Of a stretch of DNA of 64,000 nucleotides, positions 27,201 through 36,266 are shown in pieces. The stretch is from the IMG/VR virus record IMGVR_UViG_3300035228_000987, positions 908-64,907 of that record. One strand, 5' to 3'. Within the stretch, counting starts at the first letter, position 1. Every line of letters starts with the position of its first letter. A model generated the notes under the pieces. The model did not search any database. It was not told where the DNA came from and saw nothing but the letters and a program-made list of their open reading frames with translations. A program made the translations under genes and the position numbers. This DNA comes from a virus (lineage: Duplodnaviria; Caudoviricetes).

Positions 27201-29963
27201 GAGGCAGTTGTACAAGATGTAAGACTAATTAATGACAAGTATGGCGAAGTTGCTGGATCATTCTTCATTCCAGATCCAAATGTAGGAGTACATCCCAAGT
27301 TTGAGTCTGGAGACAAGGTGTTCAAACTCACAAATAGTGATCAAAACAGTTCTTCAATAGAAGTCGTCAATACTCTATCCGAAGGAAGATTCTACTCTTC
27401 AGGATCTGTTCAGATTATTAAGGATGATGTTTCATCTGTCAAGAATACTAGAAAAGTTGACAAACTAACATTCAAGGATTCTGACGAGTCTTCTTTCCAA
27501 GGAAGATATCTAGATCCTCTAGCACAAACATTTACTGTTGATGATGAAACTGGTGTATTCGTGACTGGACTGGATGTATTTTTTGAAGAAAAGGATAGTG
27601 AACTTCCAATCACATGTCAAATAAGAACTGTTGATGTAAACAGACCATCTAATGTTATTGTGCCATTTACTGAGGTTACTTTAATTCCATCTGAAGTATC
27701 TACTTCACTTAATGCGAGTGTTGCAACACATTTTGAGTTCTCATCACCTGCATTCTTAGATGGAAATAGAGAGTATGCAATTGTACTCACATCAAACTCA
27801 AATAATTACTCGGTATGGACATCAAGATTGGGTGAATTTGATGTTAAATCTAATGTAGGATCTTCTTCCAGGATACTTGTCTCAACACAACAAATTCTTG
27901 GATCTCTCTTCAAGTCACAAAATGCCGCAAATTGGCAACCAAGTGCTTATGAAGATTTGACCTTCAAGTTATACAGAGCAAACTTTGTTGATTCTGGAAA
28001 TGTTTCTTTCTACAATCCATCATTGTCTGAGGGAAATGGTCACATATCACGTCTATTAACAGATCCTATTCAATCCAACTCCAAGAAACTAAGAGTTAAT
28101 TTATCATCGGCACTATCCGATACCAACTTAATTCTTGGTAATAGCATAGTTCAACTTACTACTGGAGCAAATGGAGACTATGTTGGATCTGTAGGAAGTG
28201 TAGGTAGACTGAAAATTACTAATGGTGGAATTGGATATGAACCTTCTGCAGGAAGAAGAACTTACGGAGATGTTCCTTTAAGTTCCACAACGGGAACAGG
28301 TAAGAGTGCAGTTGCAACTATAACGGTATCTAATGGATCTATTGAATCCGCAGTTATTACCTCTGGTGGATTTGGATATGAAGTTGGTGATGTCTTAAGT
28401 GCAGAACTTGGAACAAAAGGTTTGGGAACTAATTTAAGACTATCTGTTGAAACAATCTCAGCAGTTAATCAAATTATACTTGAAAATGTTCAAGGTAATT
28501 TCTCTGCAGGTATTGCAAACACAATATTTAAGTATACTTCTACTGGTTTAGCATCATCTATAACTAATATTAGTGGAAATGGATTATACCTAAGAAGCGG
28601 TTTTGATGAAGTAACTGATGGATTAACTCTTAGAGTTAATCATAAGAATCATGGAATGCACTCTACTGTAAACTTTGTAAGTATAAGTGACGTATCTCCA
28701 AACTCAGCATCATCAAGATTGACAGTATCATATGATAAGGACTTTAATGGTCAGATTGCTATTGATGATCTAACTGAGTTTGAAAAATTTGAGAATATAA
28801 TAGTTTCAACTTCTAATCCTGGATATGCTCTAGTCAATGGAGAAGTTATCAAATATGAAGGTGTAGATCAAGGAAAATTAACCACTATCACTAGAGGAAT
28901 TGATTCAACAGTCAAGAAGTCTATAAGCAGTGGGGATTTAATCTACAAATATGAATTTAATGGTCTTTCTTTGCGTAGAATAAACAAGACTCATAAACTT
29001 GATGATTCTAGTACAATCGGATTAGATTATTACAATATAACCATTGATAACTCTGATATTGATTATGGAACCAATAGAAGTTCTTCACAAAGTACACTTA
29101 TACCACTATACTTCAACTCCACAGTTAGTGGTGGTGGAAGAAACATTAGAGTAACACAAAATATTCAGTTTGAAGCGATAACACCTAATGTACAAAACTT
29201 TGTTCCTACACTTACAAGTATAGATTCCTCTATAAGAACAGTTTCTGGAACAAGTGTCAGTGGATCTGAAGTTTCTTTCTTGGATCAAGGATTTGAATCT
29301 ATCAACTTAAATCAAACTAATTATCTATCGTCACCAAGACTCATTGCATCCAAGATCAATGAGAAGAATCTCCTGACTACATTGCCAGGTAATAAGTCAT
29401 TTACTATGTTGTGCAATATGGCATCAAACAATAGTAAATTATCACCAATGATTGACTTGACGAGAGTTAACTTAATAACCTCATCCAATAGAATTAATAG
29501 TGAAATTGAGGACTTTGTTCTTGATTCTACAGTTAAAACTATGTTTGATGACCCTTCAGCATGTCAATATGTGACAAAGGTTATCAGATTGAAGAATCCC
29601 GCAAGTTCTTTGAAACTCTATATGATGGCACATATTAATAACTTCTCGGACATTAGATCTTTCTACTCAATTGATAATGACGAATCTAATGATCCAGTCT
29701 TTATTCCATTCCCAGGTCATATGAACTTGAGTCCTGATCAAGAAATCATAGATACCACTCTTAATAGTGGTTTACCTGATAGACATCTTGATAAGAATTA
29801 TGTCAACCAATCAGTATCTAATAATGAGAGTTATTCAAATTATGAGTTTACTGCAAACAATCTTCCAGAATTTAAATATTTTAGAGTCAAGATTGTTATG
29901 ACATCTACAAATCAAGCATATGTTCCCAAAATTAAAAATATGAGAGCAATTGCGCTAGCATGA
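21213..29963 (+). CDS. Large virion structural protein (VrlC/DUF4815-like)
   Basis: N-terminal NLNVSPYFDDFD..KVLFKPGYPVQARELT.LQS, plus PGADRFK, RFKSGFLVDNF and DPLAQTF motifs. Confidence 0.85.
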   Translation: MPQETNLNVSPYFDDFDSDKNYHKVLFKPGYPVQARELTTLQSILQNQVEQFGNNIFKEGAKVIPGQTIFNSKYSAVEIDNSFSGILLSSYISKLVGTTIRGDLSGVRARVEAVLTESQSERNSTTLYVSYISSSSNNISGTFEDNENLVTETGIQSSNIIFIENESFATTKSRSSTSDASSFTVQNGVYFLRGAFVNVPTQTIILDQYSNKPSYRIGFNILEEIINSDLDESLFDNAQGYNNFSSPGADRFKISAILTKKKITDFDDTNFVEISLVQDGIVRNNPNDTQYNYITDTLASRTFEESGNYYVKPFKLSCLESLNDNEGNNGVFKSNQLTYEGNSPSDNLFVYRLTPGKAYVKGYRTEINSPTFLDVEKTRDTKELKNQSINYFTGPSFTLNNVSGSPEIGINTTYTVSLRNSRIIDDKVAAGNEIGVARVYDFVLESGSYNTTLLDSNEWNVSLYDVQTFTEITLNTEISLNRSTRVKGRSSGAVGYLQNSISRSKTLKLNSTKGSFINGETFSFNGMDNGRISVATTIYGLNDVKSIYGNSGIGGTFNSDTAQTNSINLGESTISGRNTVTNRSTVAIPNITYSNILRKGGLLSYFDSSKFVLEQSSFRGITTSVTSTDGSQDIEVDHTVGATEAFVNGIKLSTDGYVSVGSSIIRLNVAPEIGDVVEVVKFREGIRNKQEIIAYDGQSVIPFTTTTALRSTDKDNTQIFINGVSIKSDDFDINTTGSGNIRVNQSLEIGSNIEIVDYGLGDLVGLSTFTPDTPRESFNVVYNPNRVEVYANGVRLDKSDYTSSNGTAITLNNGTIGSGDVLEIVERKNNIVSSATTYTAVGLQTSFVATYTPGSVEVFYNGVKLESEEYNSSSGSSIDFIKPSRIGDVIEIVAYPSGIRNIVRSNITSESQDQFSLPNSTRDFEVFIDGIKLTKNDYALTRSDLSYVLDYPLFAGDHIEINLFDRESYGTSTVTALEGQTEVNFNYSLGFLDVYLNGVKIDPSNYNANNGQTIVFYEPLFVGDIVQTYNYSTSAFVTPFAGINNRSFAEITDIDTNGDFTIVTIKGVTSVVGVNEGSLPTRAITVSDLQSLRTKIPPSSDNTLFTPLPRRNISEINLSSSQLTIKKQYDITITSNSTNTIFAGANETFLPYDEERYVLTFLDGKVQPLRKDMFVFSAGGTRLTINGLEKNGQARFITTLKKINIKSKSKKNRKSSSLVISKSANSSSGIGTTTLNDGLAYGTFPYGTRVQDNEISLNTPDVIEVYGVFEAFKNEDPSSPRLTLSSLTGSNTTTIDLILGETFTGTTSNAKGVFVERRDDQVIEFVYLNNNTFSTSEKIVFDESGIESIISLVSPHGKDITQSFTLDNGQRDTFYDYGRLVRQPGKNAPTRKVKVYFKSGFYDANDDGDITTINSYQDFDYEKEVEYYNDARTSDIIDIRPRVSDYTTIEGSRSPFEFYGRNFTQSGNSAKNIIAPDESINLDYSFYLPRIDKIFLNKNGLFKIVKGVSSENPTPPEQVEDSIEVGEIFIPPFLYSVDNCSIIQKKYKRYTMRDISRLEGRITDLERFTTLSMLESDTANLFISDKSGLNRFKSGFLVDNFKNSTNQDERIGVKNSINPNYGEMRPSHYTTSVDLLLGSDSVIGAGQTSNPYVDLNFVNDIKGTNVVKTGDILSLNYEKVEWLSQTFATRTEKVSPYLVNFWEGIVELSPDSDTWVDTVRVTPSNLSVSGNFTSSIDKFARSEGYNAQNGFIPSIWESWNILWSGNSKMLGNSTQADQKSVYPRFFNTDDRSSNNGDIRWVGLERTGSGYTIESITSDNDTSTTQSIATQEFNTNEAGEKVVSDDITSYVRSRNVKFKSDKLKPSTRMYAFFDGVDVNEFIVPKLIEVTMVSGKFTVGETISGYVPGLDYSDVSYGANPKITFRAAVPNHKVGPYNNPTKIYEDNPYNSTLTVPAAYSSTSTIVNVDTFSLANEPQGEYFGFIKRQMRLYGETSGAEAVVQDVRLINDKYGEVAGSFFIPDPNVGVHPKFESGDKVFKLTNSDQNSSSIEVVNTLSEGRFYSSGSVQIIKDDVSSVKNTRKVDKLTFKDSDESSFQGRYLDPLAQTFTVDDETGVFVTGLDVFFEEKDSELPITCQIRTVDVNRPSNVIVPFTEVTLIPSEVSTSLNASVATHFEFSSPAFLDGNREYAIVLTSNSNNYSVWTSRLGEFDVKSNVGSSSRILVSTQQILGSLFKSQNAANWQPSAYEDLTFKLYRANFVDSGNVSFYNPSLSEGNGHISRLLTDPIQSNSKKLRVNLSSALSDTNLILGNSIVQLTTGANGDYVGSVGSVGRLKITNGGIGYEPSAGRRTYGDVPLSSTTGTGKSAVATITVSNGSIESAVITSGGFGYEVGDVLSAELGTKGLGTNLRLSVETISAVNQIILENVQGNFSAGIANTIFKYTSTGLASSITNISGNGLYLRSGFDEVTDGLTLRVNHKNHGMHSTVNFVSISDVSPNSASSRLTVSYDKDFNGQIAIDDLTEFEKFENIIVSTSNPGYALVNGEVIKYEGVDQGKLTTITRGIDSTVKKSISSGDLIYKYEFNGLSLRRINKTHKLDDSSTIGLDYYNITIDNSDIDYGTNRSSSQSTLIPLYFNSTVSGGGRNIRVTQNIQFEAITPNVQNFVPTLTSIDSSIRTVSGTSVSGSEVSFLDQGFESINLNQTNYLSSPRLIASKINEKNLLTTLPGNKSFTMLCNMASNNSKLSPMIDLTRVNLITSSNRINSEIEDFVLDSTVKTMFDDPSACQYVTKVIRLKNPASSLKLYMMAHINNFSDIRSFYSIDNDESNDPVFIPFPGHMNLSPDQEIIDTTLNSGLPDRHLDKNYVNQSVSNNESYSNYEFTANNLPEFKYFRVKIVMTSTNQAYVPKIKNMRAIALA

Positions 29964-30193
29964 TGAATGAATATCTTAGAGTGAAAGATAACAACACTCT
30001 TCTTAGAGATCAGAAGAGTAATGCGATAGTAAATGATTCTAAACAGGAATATGAAAAATACATGCTCCTGAAAAAACAAAAACAAAAAGAAACTAATCGT
30101 GTTGATAATTTGGAGAGTGAAGTCAATGATATTAAAAATGATCTTGGTGAGATAAAAAATCTTCTTAAATCTTTTATAGAAAAGATGGAGTAA
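29960..30193 (+). CDS. Small conserved coiled-coil protein downstream of VrlC-like gene
   Basis: LLRDQKSNAIVN motif and C-terminal heptads; start overlaps upstream stop. Confidence 0.8.
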   Translation: MMNEYLRVKDNNTLLRDQKSNAIVNDSKQEYEKYMLLKKQKQKETNRVDNLESEVNDIKNDLGEIKNLLKSFIEKME

Positions 30194-30196
30194 CAA

Positions 30197-31054
30197 ATGG
30201 GTTTAATACGAATACCTTTTGATAGAATAGGTTCAACAAAAAGAGTCAATATTGATGTTGATCAATATGCAGATACTGTTATTGGAACTAAATTAGTTGG
30301 TAGTGGAAATACTGCATTTAATGTGAGTGGATACGGATTTACTGGAACTATAAGGAAGCATGTTGGTTCATCATCAACTGCTTCAGATACCTTTAATGTT
30401 GGATTTGATACGTCAAATACATCTTCAGGAATCTTGACAGTTCGTATAAATTCGGGTCTTACTACAAATTTTGATACAAACTCACCAAGATATGAATATG
30501 AAGTTGTAGCCACAGAAGTATCTTCTGGATACAAAAGAAGAATTCTTAGTGGAAATATTGAAGTTAATGTTGGAATAACTCAAGTTGAAGCGGGACAGAA
30601 TATAAAATGTATAGCAGTCATTGATGAGGCAAGTAACTTCTCTACAGATCAATTTTATAACAAGTGGGTAAACTTTAGATCAAGTTGGCCTGATAGATTG
30701 CACTATTTACTCCAACCAACCAATACTGGAATTGTGTCGTCAGGCATTAATAGCATTCTAAGTGTACCATCAAACTATGATAGTGGATTTGGTACATCAA
30801 TTCAAGTAAAGGGTGTTACAAGAGATAATGGAATTTCTACTGCATCATCTGATTGGTTTGGTTTAGTTGGATTGGTGACTGGAACCGATAGTAGAGTCGC
30901 TCTTTTCATAGATCAGTCGGGATCTATGACTCTTGCCACAGTTCAGGAATCATATAATAGATTCCTTTCTAGTTGTACAGCATCAAATATCACCGTTAGA
31001 ATAGAGTCCAATGGTGCTGAAGACTGGATAGAACCATTTACAGGTATACTCTAA
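30197..31054 (+). CDS. Virion structural protein: BppU-like N-terminal domain plus vWA-like C-terminal part
   Basis: GTIRKH..RYEYEVV..RRILSGNIEV N-domain; DQSGS (DxSxS) motif near the C-terminus. Confidence 0.65.
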   Translation: MGLIRIPFDRIGSTKRVNIDVDQYADTVIGTKLVGSGNTAFNVSGYGFTGTIRKHVGSSSTASDTFNVGFDTSNTSSGILTVRINSGLTTNFDTNSPRYEYEVVATEVSSGYKRRILSGNIEVNVGITQVEAGQNIKCIAVIDEASNFSTDQFYNKWVNFRSSWPDRLHYLLQPTNTGIVSSGINSILSVPSNYDSGFGTSIQVKGVTRDNGISTASSDWFGLVGLVTGTDSRVALFIDQSGSMTLATVQESYNRFLSSCTASNITVRIESNGAEDWIEPFTGIL

Positions 31055-31440
31055 TGGCATTAATAAAACTTCACGATCATAAAACAATCACCGAAAATCT
31101 AGTGATACCGAGAGGTGTTGATTATCAGCAACTTTTTACAGTTACTGATAGATTTACAAAAAGAGCGATAGATTTCAGTGGTTTTTCATCATCAGTGATA
31201 ACATCTAAAATTAAACAATATCCAGAGTCAGTTTCTTTTGCTGCAACTTTTACATCAAGTCTTTCAAATTCTTCTAGTGGAGTGATCAAATTAACTCTCA
31301 GTGACACAGAGACATCTAAGTTAAGTCCAGGAAAATACTACTATGATATTGTAATGATAGTTGAATCAAAAACATCTGCAGACACTGACTCAGACACTTA
31401 CATTGCAAGATTAGCAGAAGGGACAATAATAGTAGAGTAA
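31054..31440 (+). CDS. Small virion structural protein (BppU-like Ig fold)
   Basis: GVIKLTLSDTETSKLSPGKYYYDIV..RLAEGTIIV; typical position before g13. Confidence 0.7.
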   Translation: MALIKLHDHKTITENLVIPRGVDYQQLFTVTDRFTKRAIDFSGFSSSVITSKIKQYPESVSFAATFTSSLSNSSSGVIKLTLSDTETSKLSPGKYYYDIVMIVESKTSADTDSDTYIARLAEGTIIVE

Positions 31441-31467
31441 TAAATAGTTAAAAGGAATATTCTAATC

Positions 31468-32316
31468 ATGGCGCAACCAGCATCAAGAGGAGAATTAATT
31501 GAATATGTGAAGAGAAAACTGGGAGCGCCAGTTTTAGAGATCAACGTCGCAGATGAGCAGATAGAAGATCTTGTAGATGATGCTGTTCAATTTTTTCAAG
31601 AACGACACTTTGATGGTGTTGTCCAAACGTATCTAAAGTATAAGATTACGCAAGAAGATATTGATAGAGGGAGAGCACCAAACCCAAATGAATCTGTTGT
31701 TGGATTAACCACAGATACTGTATCAGCATCTATTATCGGAGAAACAAAAACTTTCTCATATAATGAGAATAGTAATTATATTGCTATTCCACCGACTGTG
31801 GTTGGTGTTAATAAGTTACTCAAGTTTGATGGATCAAACGCTGCTACTAATAATATGTTCGGCGTTAAGTATCAAATGTTCTTAAATGACATTTATTATT
31901 GGGGTTCCACAGAACTGTTGACATACTCTATGACAAAAAGTTACTTGGAGACTATTGACTTCTTATTAACAACACATAAACAAATAAGATTTAATAAAAG
32001 ACAAGATAGATTGTACCTTGATATAGATTGGAAAAGTGTGAACGTTGGTGATTATATTATCATTGATTGTTGGAGAGTTCTAGATCCAAATACATATACT
32101 CAAGTTTGGAATGATTCTTTCTTAAAACCATATTTAACTGCCTTGGTTAAGAGACAGTGGGGTCAAAACTTAATCAAGTTCCAGGGTGTGAGACTTCCAG
32201 GTGGAGTTGAATTAAATGGTAGACAAATGTATGATGATGGTCAAAGAGAACTTGATGCTATTTTGGATAAGATGAGTAGTTATTATGAGTTACCACCATT
32301 AGATATGATTGGATGA
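31468..32316 (+). CDS. gp13: Neck protein gp13
   Basis: RKLGAPVLEINV, HFDG and KRQWGQNLIKF.GV.LPGGVELNG motifs. Confidence 0.95.
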   Translation: MAQPASRGELIEYVKRKLGAPVLEINVADEQIEDLVDDAVQFFQERHFDGVVQTYLKYKITQEDIDRGRAPNPNESVVGLTTDTVSASIIGETKTFSYNENSNYIAIPPTVVGVNKLLKFDGSNAATNNMFGVKYQMFLNDIYYWGSTELLTYSMTKSYLETIDFLLTTHKQIRFNKRQDRLYLDIDWKSVNVGDYIIIDCWRVLDPNTYTQVWNDSFLKPYLTALVKRQWGQNLIKFQGVRLPGGVELNGRQMYDDGQRELDAILDKMSSYYELPPLDMIG

Positions 32317-32317
32317 T

Positions 32318-33682
32318 ATGGCACTTAATCCTTTTTTCTCTCAGGGAACAAGTACTGAGCAAAGTTTAGTTCAAAGTTTAATTAATGAACAACTCCGCAT
32401 GTATGGAGTTGAGGTGCATTATATTCCAAGAAAATATATAACAAAAAACACCGTAATTCGTGAAGTAATACAATCAGAGTTTGACGATGCATATCCCATA
32501 GAGGCATATGTTAATACTTACGATGGATATGAGGGTCAGGGAACTATATTATCAAAATTTGGTATTCAACCAATTGATGATTTAACACTAATTATATCAA
32601 AAGAAAGATTTGAAAATTACATTTCCCCCTTGATAAAAGATACTGCAAACATTGAGTTATCAACTAGACCAAAAGAAGGAGATTTAATCTATTTTCCTTT
32701 GGGTGATAGATTGTTTGAAATTAAATTCGTTGAGCATGAACAACCTTTTTATCAGTTACAAAAGAACTATGTCTATGAACTAAGATGTGAACTCTTCCGT
32801 TATGAGGATGAGGTAATTGATACTGATATTGAAGTAATTGATGACAATATTCAAGAGCATGGTTACATCCAGACTCTAACTCTGGTTGGTGTTGGATCTA
32901 CTGCTACAGCAGTTACAACTATAAATGATGGTGGTCTACAATATATTCGTCTGATTGATGATGGATACAACTATACTGAATCAAGTCCTACTGTATCAAT
33001 ATCATCTGCCCCCAATGGGGGTTCTACGGCGTCTGCAATAGCGTTTAACAACCTTGGAATGGGTGTTAGTTCTATTGTTATACTGAACCCTGGTTACGGA
33101 TATTCTACGCCTCCTGGAATCAATTTCATAAGTACTTCTGGTTCAGGTGCAATTGCGACATCTGGAATCGGAACCACTGGAACAATTGGCATCATAACGG
33201 TAACTAGTGGTGGAACAGGATATACAACAAATCCTTTAGTTACCTTTTCTGCAGCACCAGGCGGGGGAACTACAGCGACTGGTTATTCAGTTCTATCTGA
33301 CAACTCAGTATCTACAATTTACATTACCAATGCTGGTGTCGGATATACTCTCCCACCATCAATTTCCTTTGCTGCTCCAAATACTCTTGGAACAGGAAAT
33401 TACAAATATAACGAGATTATTACTGGAGGAACCTCCGGAACAACTGCCAGAGTCAAAAAATGGGATGGATCTACCAAGTCTCTTCAGATTAGTATCATTA
33501 GTGGTTCATTTATTAGTGGTGAACCTATTATTGGATCTGAGTCAAACGCATCATATGCATTCTCTAACACACAAGATGATCAGCAAGATCAAGTAGATAC
33601 TTATGCTGAAAATATTGCGATCCAAACTGAAGCTGATGGTATATTAGACTTTACCAGGAGAAATCCATTTGGAGAACCATAA
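32318..33682 (+). CDS. gp14: Neck protein gp14 with inserted GxGY repeats
   Basis: MALNPFF, RPKEGDLIYFP and FVEHEQPFYQL motifs, C-terminal NPFGE; ATG 32318 preferred. Confidence 0.93.
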   Translation: MALNPFFSQGTSTEQSLVQSLINEQLRMYGVEVHYIPRKYITKNTVIREVIQSEFDDAYPIEAYVNTYDGYEGQGTILSKFGIQPIDDLTLIISKERFENYISPLIKDTANIELSTRPKEGDLIYFPLGDRLFEIKFVEHEQPFYQLQKNYVYELRCELFRYEDEVIDTDIEVIDDNIQEHGYIQTLTLVGVGSTATAVTTINDGGLQYIRLIDDGYNYTESSPTVSISSAPNGGSTASAIAFNNLGMGVSSIVILNPGYGYSTPPGINFISTSGSGAIATSGIGTTGTIGIITVTSGGTGYTTNPLVTFSAAPGGGTTATGYSVLSDNSVSTIYITNAGVGYTLPPSISFAAPNTLGTGNYKYNEIITGGTSGTTARVKKWDGSTKSLQISIISGSFISGEPIIGSESNASYAFSNTQDDQQDQVDTYAENIAIQTEADGILDFTRRNPFGEP

Positions 33683-33728
33683 TTAAGAAAGTTGTTAAAT
33701 AGTTAGTATATTAAAGCAACACGATACC

Positions 33729-34766
33729 ATGTTTGAATATTTTTATCACGAAATTTTTAGAAAGTCTGTCATTGGTTTCGGCACTCTTTTTAACAATATC
33801 AATATAAAACATAGAGATGGTAGTGATAATACTTTCAGTGTTATGAAGGTGCCGTTGGCATATGGACCATCTCAGAAGTTTTTGGCAAGACTTGAGCAAT
33901 CACCAGATCTGAATAAATCAGTTCAACTGTCTCTTCCGAGATTGTCATTTGAAATGACTGGATTGTCCTACGACCCAACCAGAAAGACCACATCAACAAA
34001 GTCTTTTATTACAAAGGAAGAAGGAAGTAAGACAACTCAAAAAAAGACTTATATGCCAGTCCCATATAATATGAGATTTGAGTTATCAATCATGTCAAAG
34101 ACGAATGAGGATGCTCTGCAAATTATTGAGCAAATTCTACCTTATTTTCAACCAGCATATAACTTAACTATAACATTAGTAGATACTATAAAAGAAAAAA
34201 GAGATATTCCAGTTCAATTAGAAGGAATATCAATGGATGATCAATATGAAGGAGATTACACTTCTAGAAGAGCACTTGTATATACCTTAGCATTCACAGC
34301 GAAAACACATCTGTTCGGTCCTGTTCAAGATAGTAAGATTATTAAGAAGGCTACTGTTGATACTATGACTGGTATGGAAACTCCTAAGAGGGAGATGAGA
34401 TATACCGTCACACCAAGAGCAACCAAAGATTACAATAATGATATTGTCACAACTCTTGCTGAGGACATTAGTCCTGATGAAAAATATATTAACGTTGACA
34501 ACGCAAGTTCTATCACTACAAAAACATACATTTATATTAACAAAGAAGAAATGTATGTTACTGCTATTAATAGTAATAAGTTAACCGTTACTAGAGCACA
34601 AGACAATACTACTGCAGAAAATCACGTTCGTGGTTCTGGTGTCAAATTAATTACTGAAGCAGACAATGCTCTAATTGAGATTGGAGATGACTTTGGATTT
34701 AATGAGACTGTATCCTTCTTCCAGGACTTTAAAGAGTTTAGTCCATCTCAAAATATGGATATTTGA
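33729..34766 (+). CDS. gp15: Tail sheath stabilizer / terminator gp15
   Basis: FGTLFNNI, VPLAYGP.QKFLAR and QIIEQILPYFQP motifs. Confidence 0.95.
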   Translation: MFEYFYHEIFRKSVIGFGTLFNNINIKHRDGSDNTFSVMKVPLAYGPSQKFLARLEQSPDLNKSVQLSLPRLSFEMTGLSYDPTRKTTSTKSFITKEEGSKTTQKKTYMPVPYNMRFELSIMSKTNEDALQIIEQILPYFQPAYNLTITLVDTIKEKRDIPVQLEGISMDDQYEGDYTSRRALVYTLAFTAKTHLFGPVQDSKIIKKATVDTMTGMETPKREMRYTVTPRATKDYNNDIVTTLAEDISPDEKYINVDNASSITTKTYIYINKEEMYVTAINSNKLTVTRAQDNTTAENHVRGSGVKLITEADNALIEIGDDFGFNETVSFFQDFKEFSPSQNMDI

Positions 34767-34768
34767 TT

Positions 34769-35203
34769 ATGAATACTAACAATGAAAAATACAAAGACTT
34801 GAGTGATGCATTTGATGTGACTAGTGAAATAGTTACGCCAGAAAATGTATCAAAAGAACTCAAGGCGATTGCATCAGATAATGGTGATGTTAGAAAGGAC
34901 TATGAATATACAAGAGGAAATTTATACTCTATTATTGAAAAAGGTCAAGAGGCAATAAATAGTATACTGGAACTGGCACAAGAAAGTGAAACTCCAAGAG
35001 CTTATGAAGTTGCTGGCCAATTGATAAAAAACGTTTCTGATGCAACTGATAAGTTGATAGATCTTCAAAAGAAGATGAAAGATCTTGAAGCGGAAGAAAC
35101 ACCAAAAGGTCCACAGAATGTTACAAATGCTTTGTTTGTTGGTTCTACAGCAGAACTGCAAAAATTACTGAAAAAAGGATTAACCGATAAAAACAATGCC
35201 TAG
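34769..35203 (+). CDS. gp16: Terminase small subunit gp16
   Basis: DYEYTRGNLY, PRAYEVAGQLIK and NALFVGSTAELQK motifs. Confidence 0.93.
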   Translation: MNTNNEKYKDLSDAFDVTSEIVTPENVSKELKAIASDNGDVRKDYEYTRGNLYSIIEKGQEAINSILELAQESETPRAYEVAGQLIKNVSDATDKLIDLQKKMKDLEAEETPKGPQNVTNALFVGSTAELQKLLKKGLTDKNNA

Positions 35204-36227
35204 AATGGAAAATGAAAATTTATCAGATCTAGGTGATTTCTTCTCACTAATAGGTGGTGAGAAGAAAAAACAGAATGAAGAAGTTCAGTCACTTATTGGT
35301 GATTTGGGAAGTGTTTTATTGGAGTTAGATAAAGTATCAAAACAAACAAAGGCGGTAAAGAAAAAACAAATTATAGTTAAAAAAGTAGAGAAAGAACCCA
35401 AGGTAAAAGTTGAGGTTAATAATCTTTTTGACGAACTTGCAACATTAAAAAAACACGAGAAAGAAAAGAAAAGAAAAGAACAAGAAGAAATTAAAGCATT
35501 TGAAAGTTGGTTATTTACTCAACCATCTGAAATAAAAGAAGAAATTATAGAGATTCGTGAGGAACCTGAAGAGGTTATAATAGAGGAAGAACTTGCCGTA
35601 ATAGAAGAACCTGAAGAGACCGAGCAAGTCACCGAGCAAGAAGAGATAGAAGAAGAATCCGAGGAGAAAGATGAAAAAAATGCTACGGTTTCTCAAGTAT
35701 TAGAGACACTAAAAACAATCATTAAAGACGATGATATAGTAGAAGAAAAAGATACAGAGATTGAAAGTCTCAAGAAAGAAGTAAAAGATCTAAGAAATCT
35801 TTTATATCAAGGTCTCAGAGATATTTCCGCACAAGGTGGTGGTGGTGAAGTTCGTCTAGAGTTCTTGGATGATGTTGATAGAAATTCTGTAAAGACAAAC
35901 GGACAAGTTCTTGCTTACAACTCTTCAACTGGAAAATTTATTGGAACTACAGTGTCCAGTTCCAATGCAAATGTTGTTGGTATTGATACTTTAGGAACAT
36001 CTCATTTTAAAGAAATTACTGCGACTGGTATAGTAACCGCAACACAATTTGTTGGTGATGGTTCTGGTTTAACGGGAATTGTTGCATCTGGAAGTGGAAT
36101 AGTAATACGAAACGAGTCTTCTCTTGTTGGCACTGCTGCAACTATTAACTTCAATGAAGGATTTAATGCAGCAATTGCATCCGGAGTAGCTACTATTGAT
36201 GCAGACATGGATATGGGAACATTTTGA
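35196..36227 (+). CDS. Hypothetical protein: acidic/coiled N-terminal part, fibre-like C-terminus
   Basis: Glu-rich middle; GGGGEVRLEFLDDVD and FVGDGSGLTGI fibre motifs. Confidence 0.75.
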   Translation: MPRMENENLSDLGDFFSLIGGEKKKQNEEVQSLIGDLGSVLLELDKVSKQTKAVKKKQIIVKKVEKEPKVKVEVNNLFDELATLKKHEKEKKRKEQEEIKAFESWLFTQPSEIKEEIIEIREEPEEVIIEEELAVIEEPEETEQVTEQEEIEEESEEKDEKNATVSQVLETLKTIIKDDDIVEEKDTEIESLKKEVKDLRNLLYQGLRDISAQGGGGEVRLEFLDDVDRNSVKTNGQVLAYNSSTGKFIGTTVSSSNANVVGIDTLGTSHFKEITATGIVTATQFVGDGSGLTGIVASGSGIVIRNESSLVGTAATINFNEGFNAAIASGVATIDADMDMGTF

Positions 36228-36266
36228 TAAGATAAATATATTATAGAAAAGCATTGCTTGAGATAA

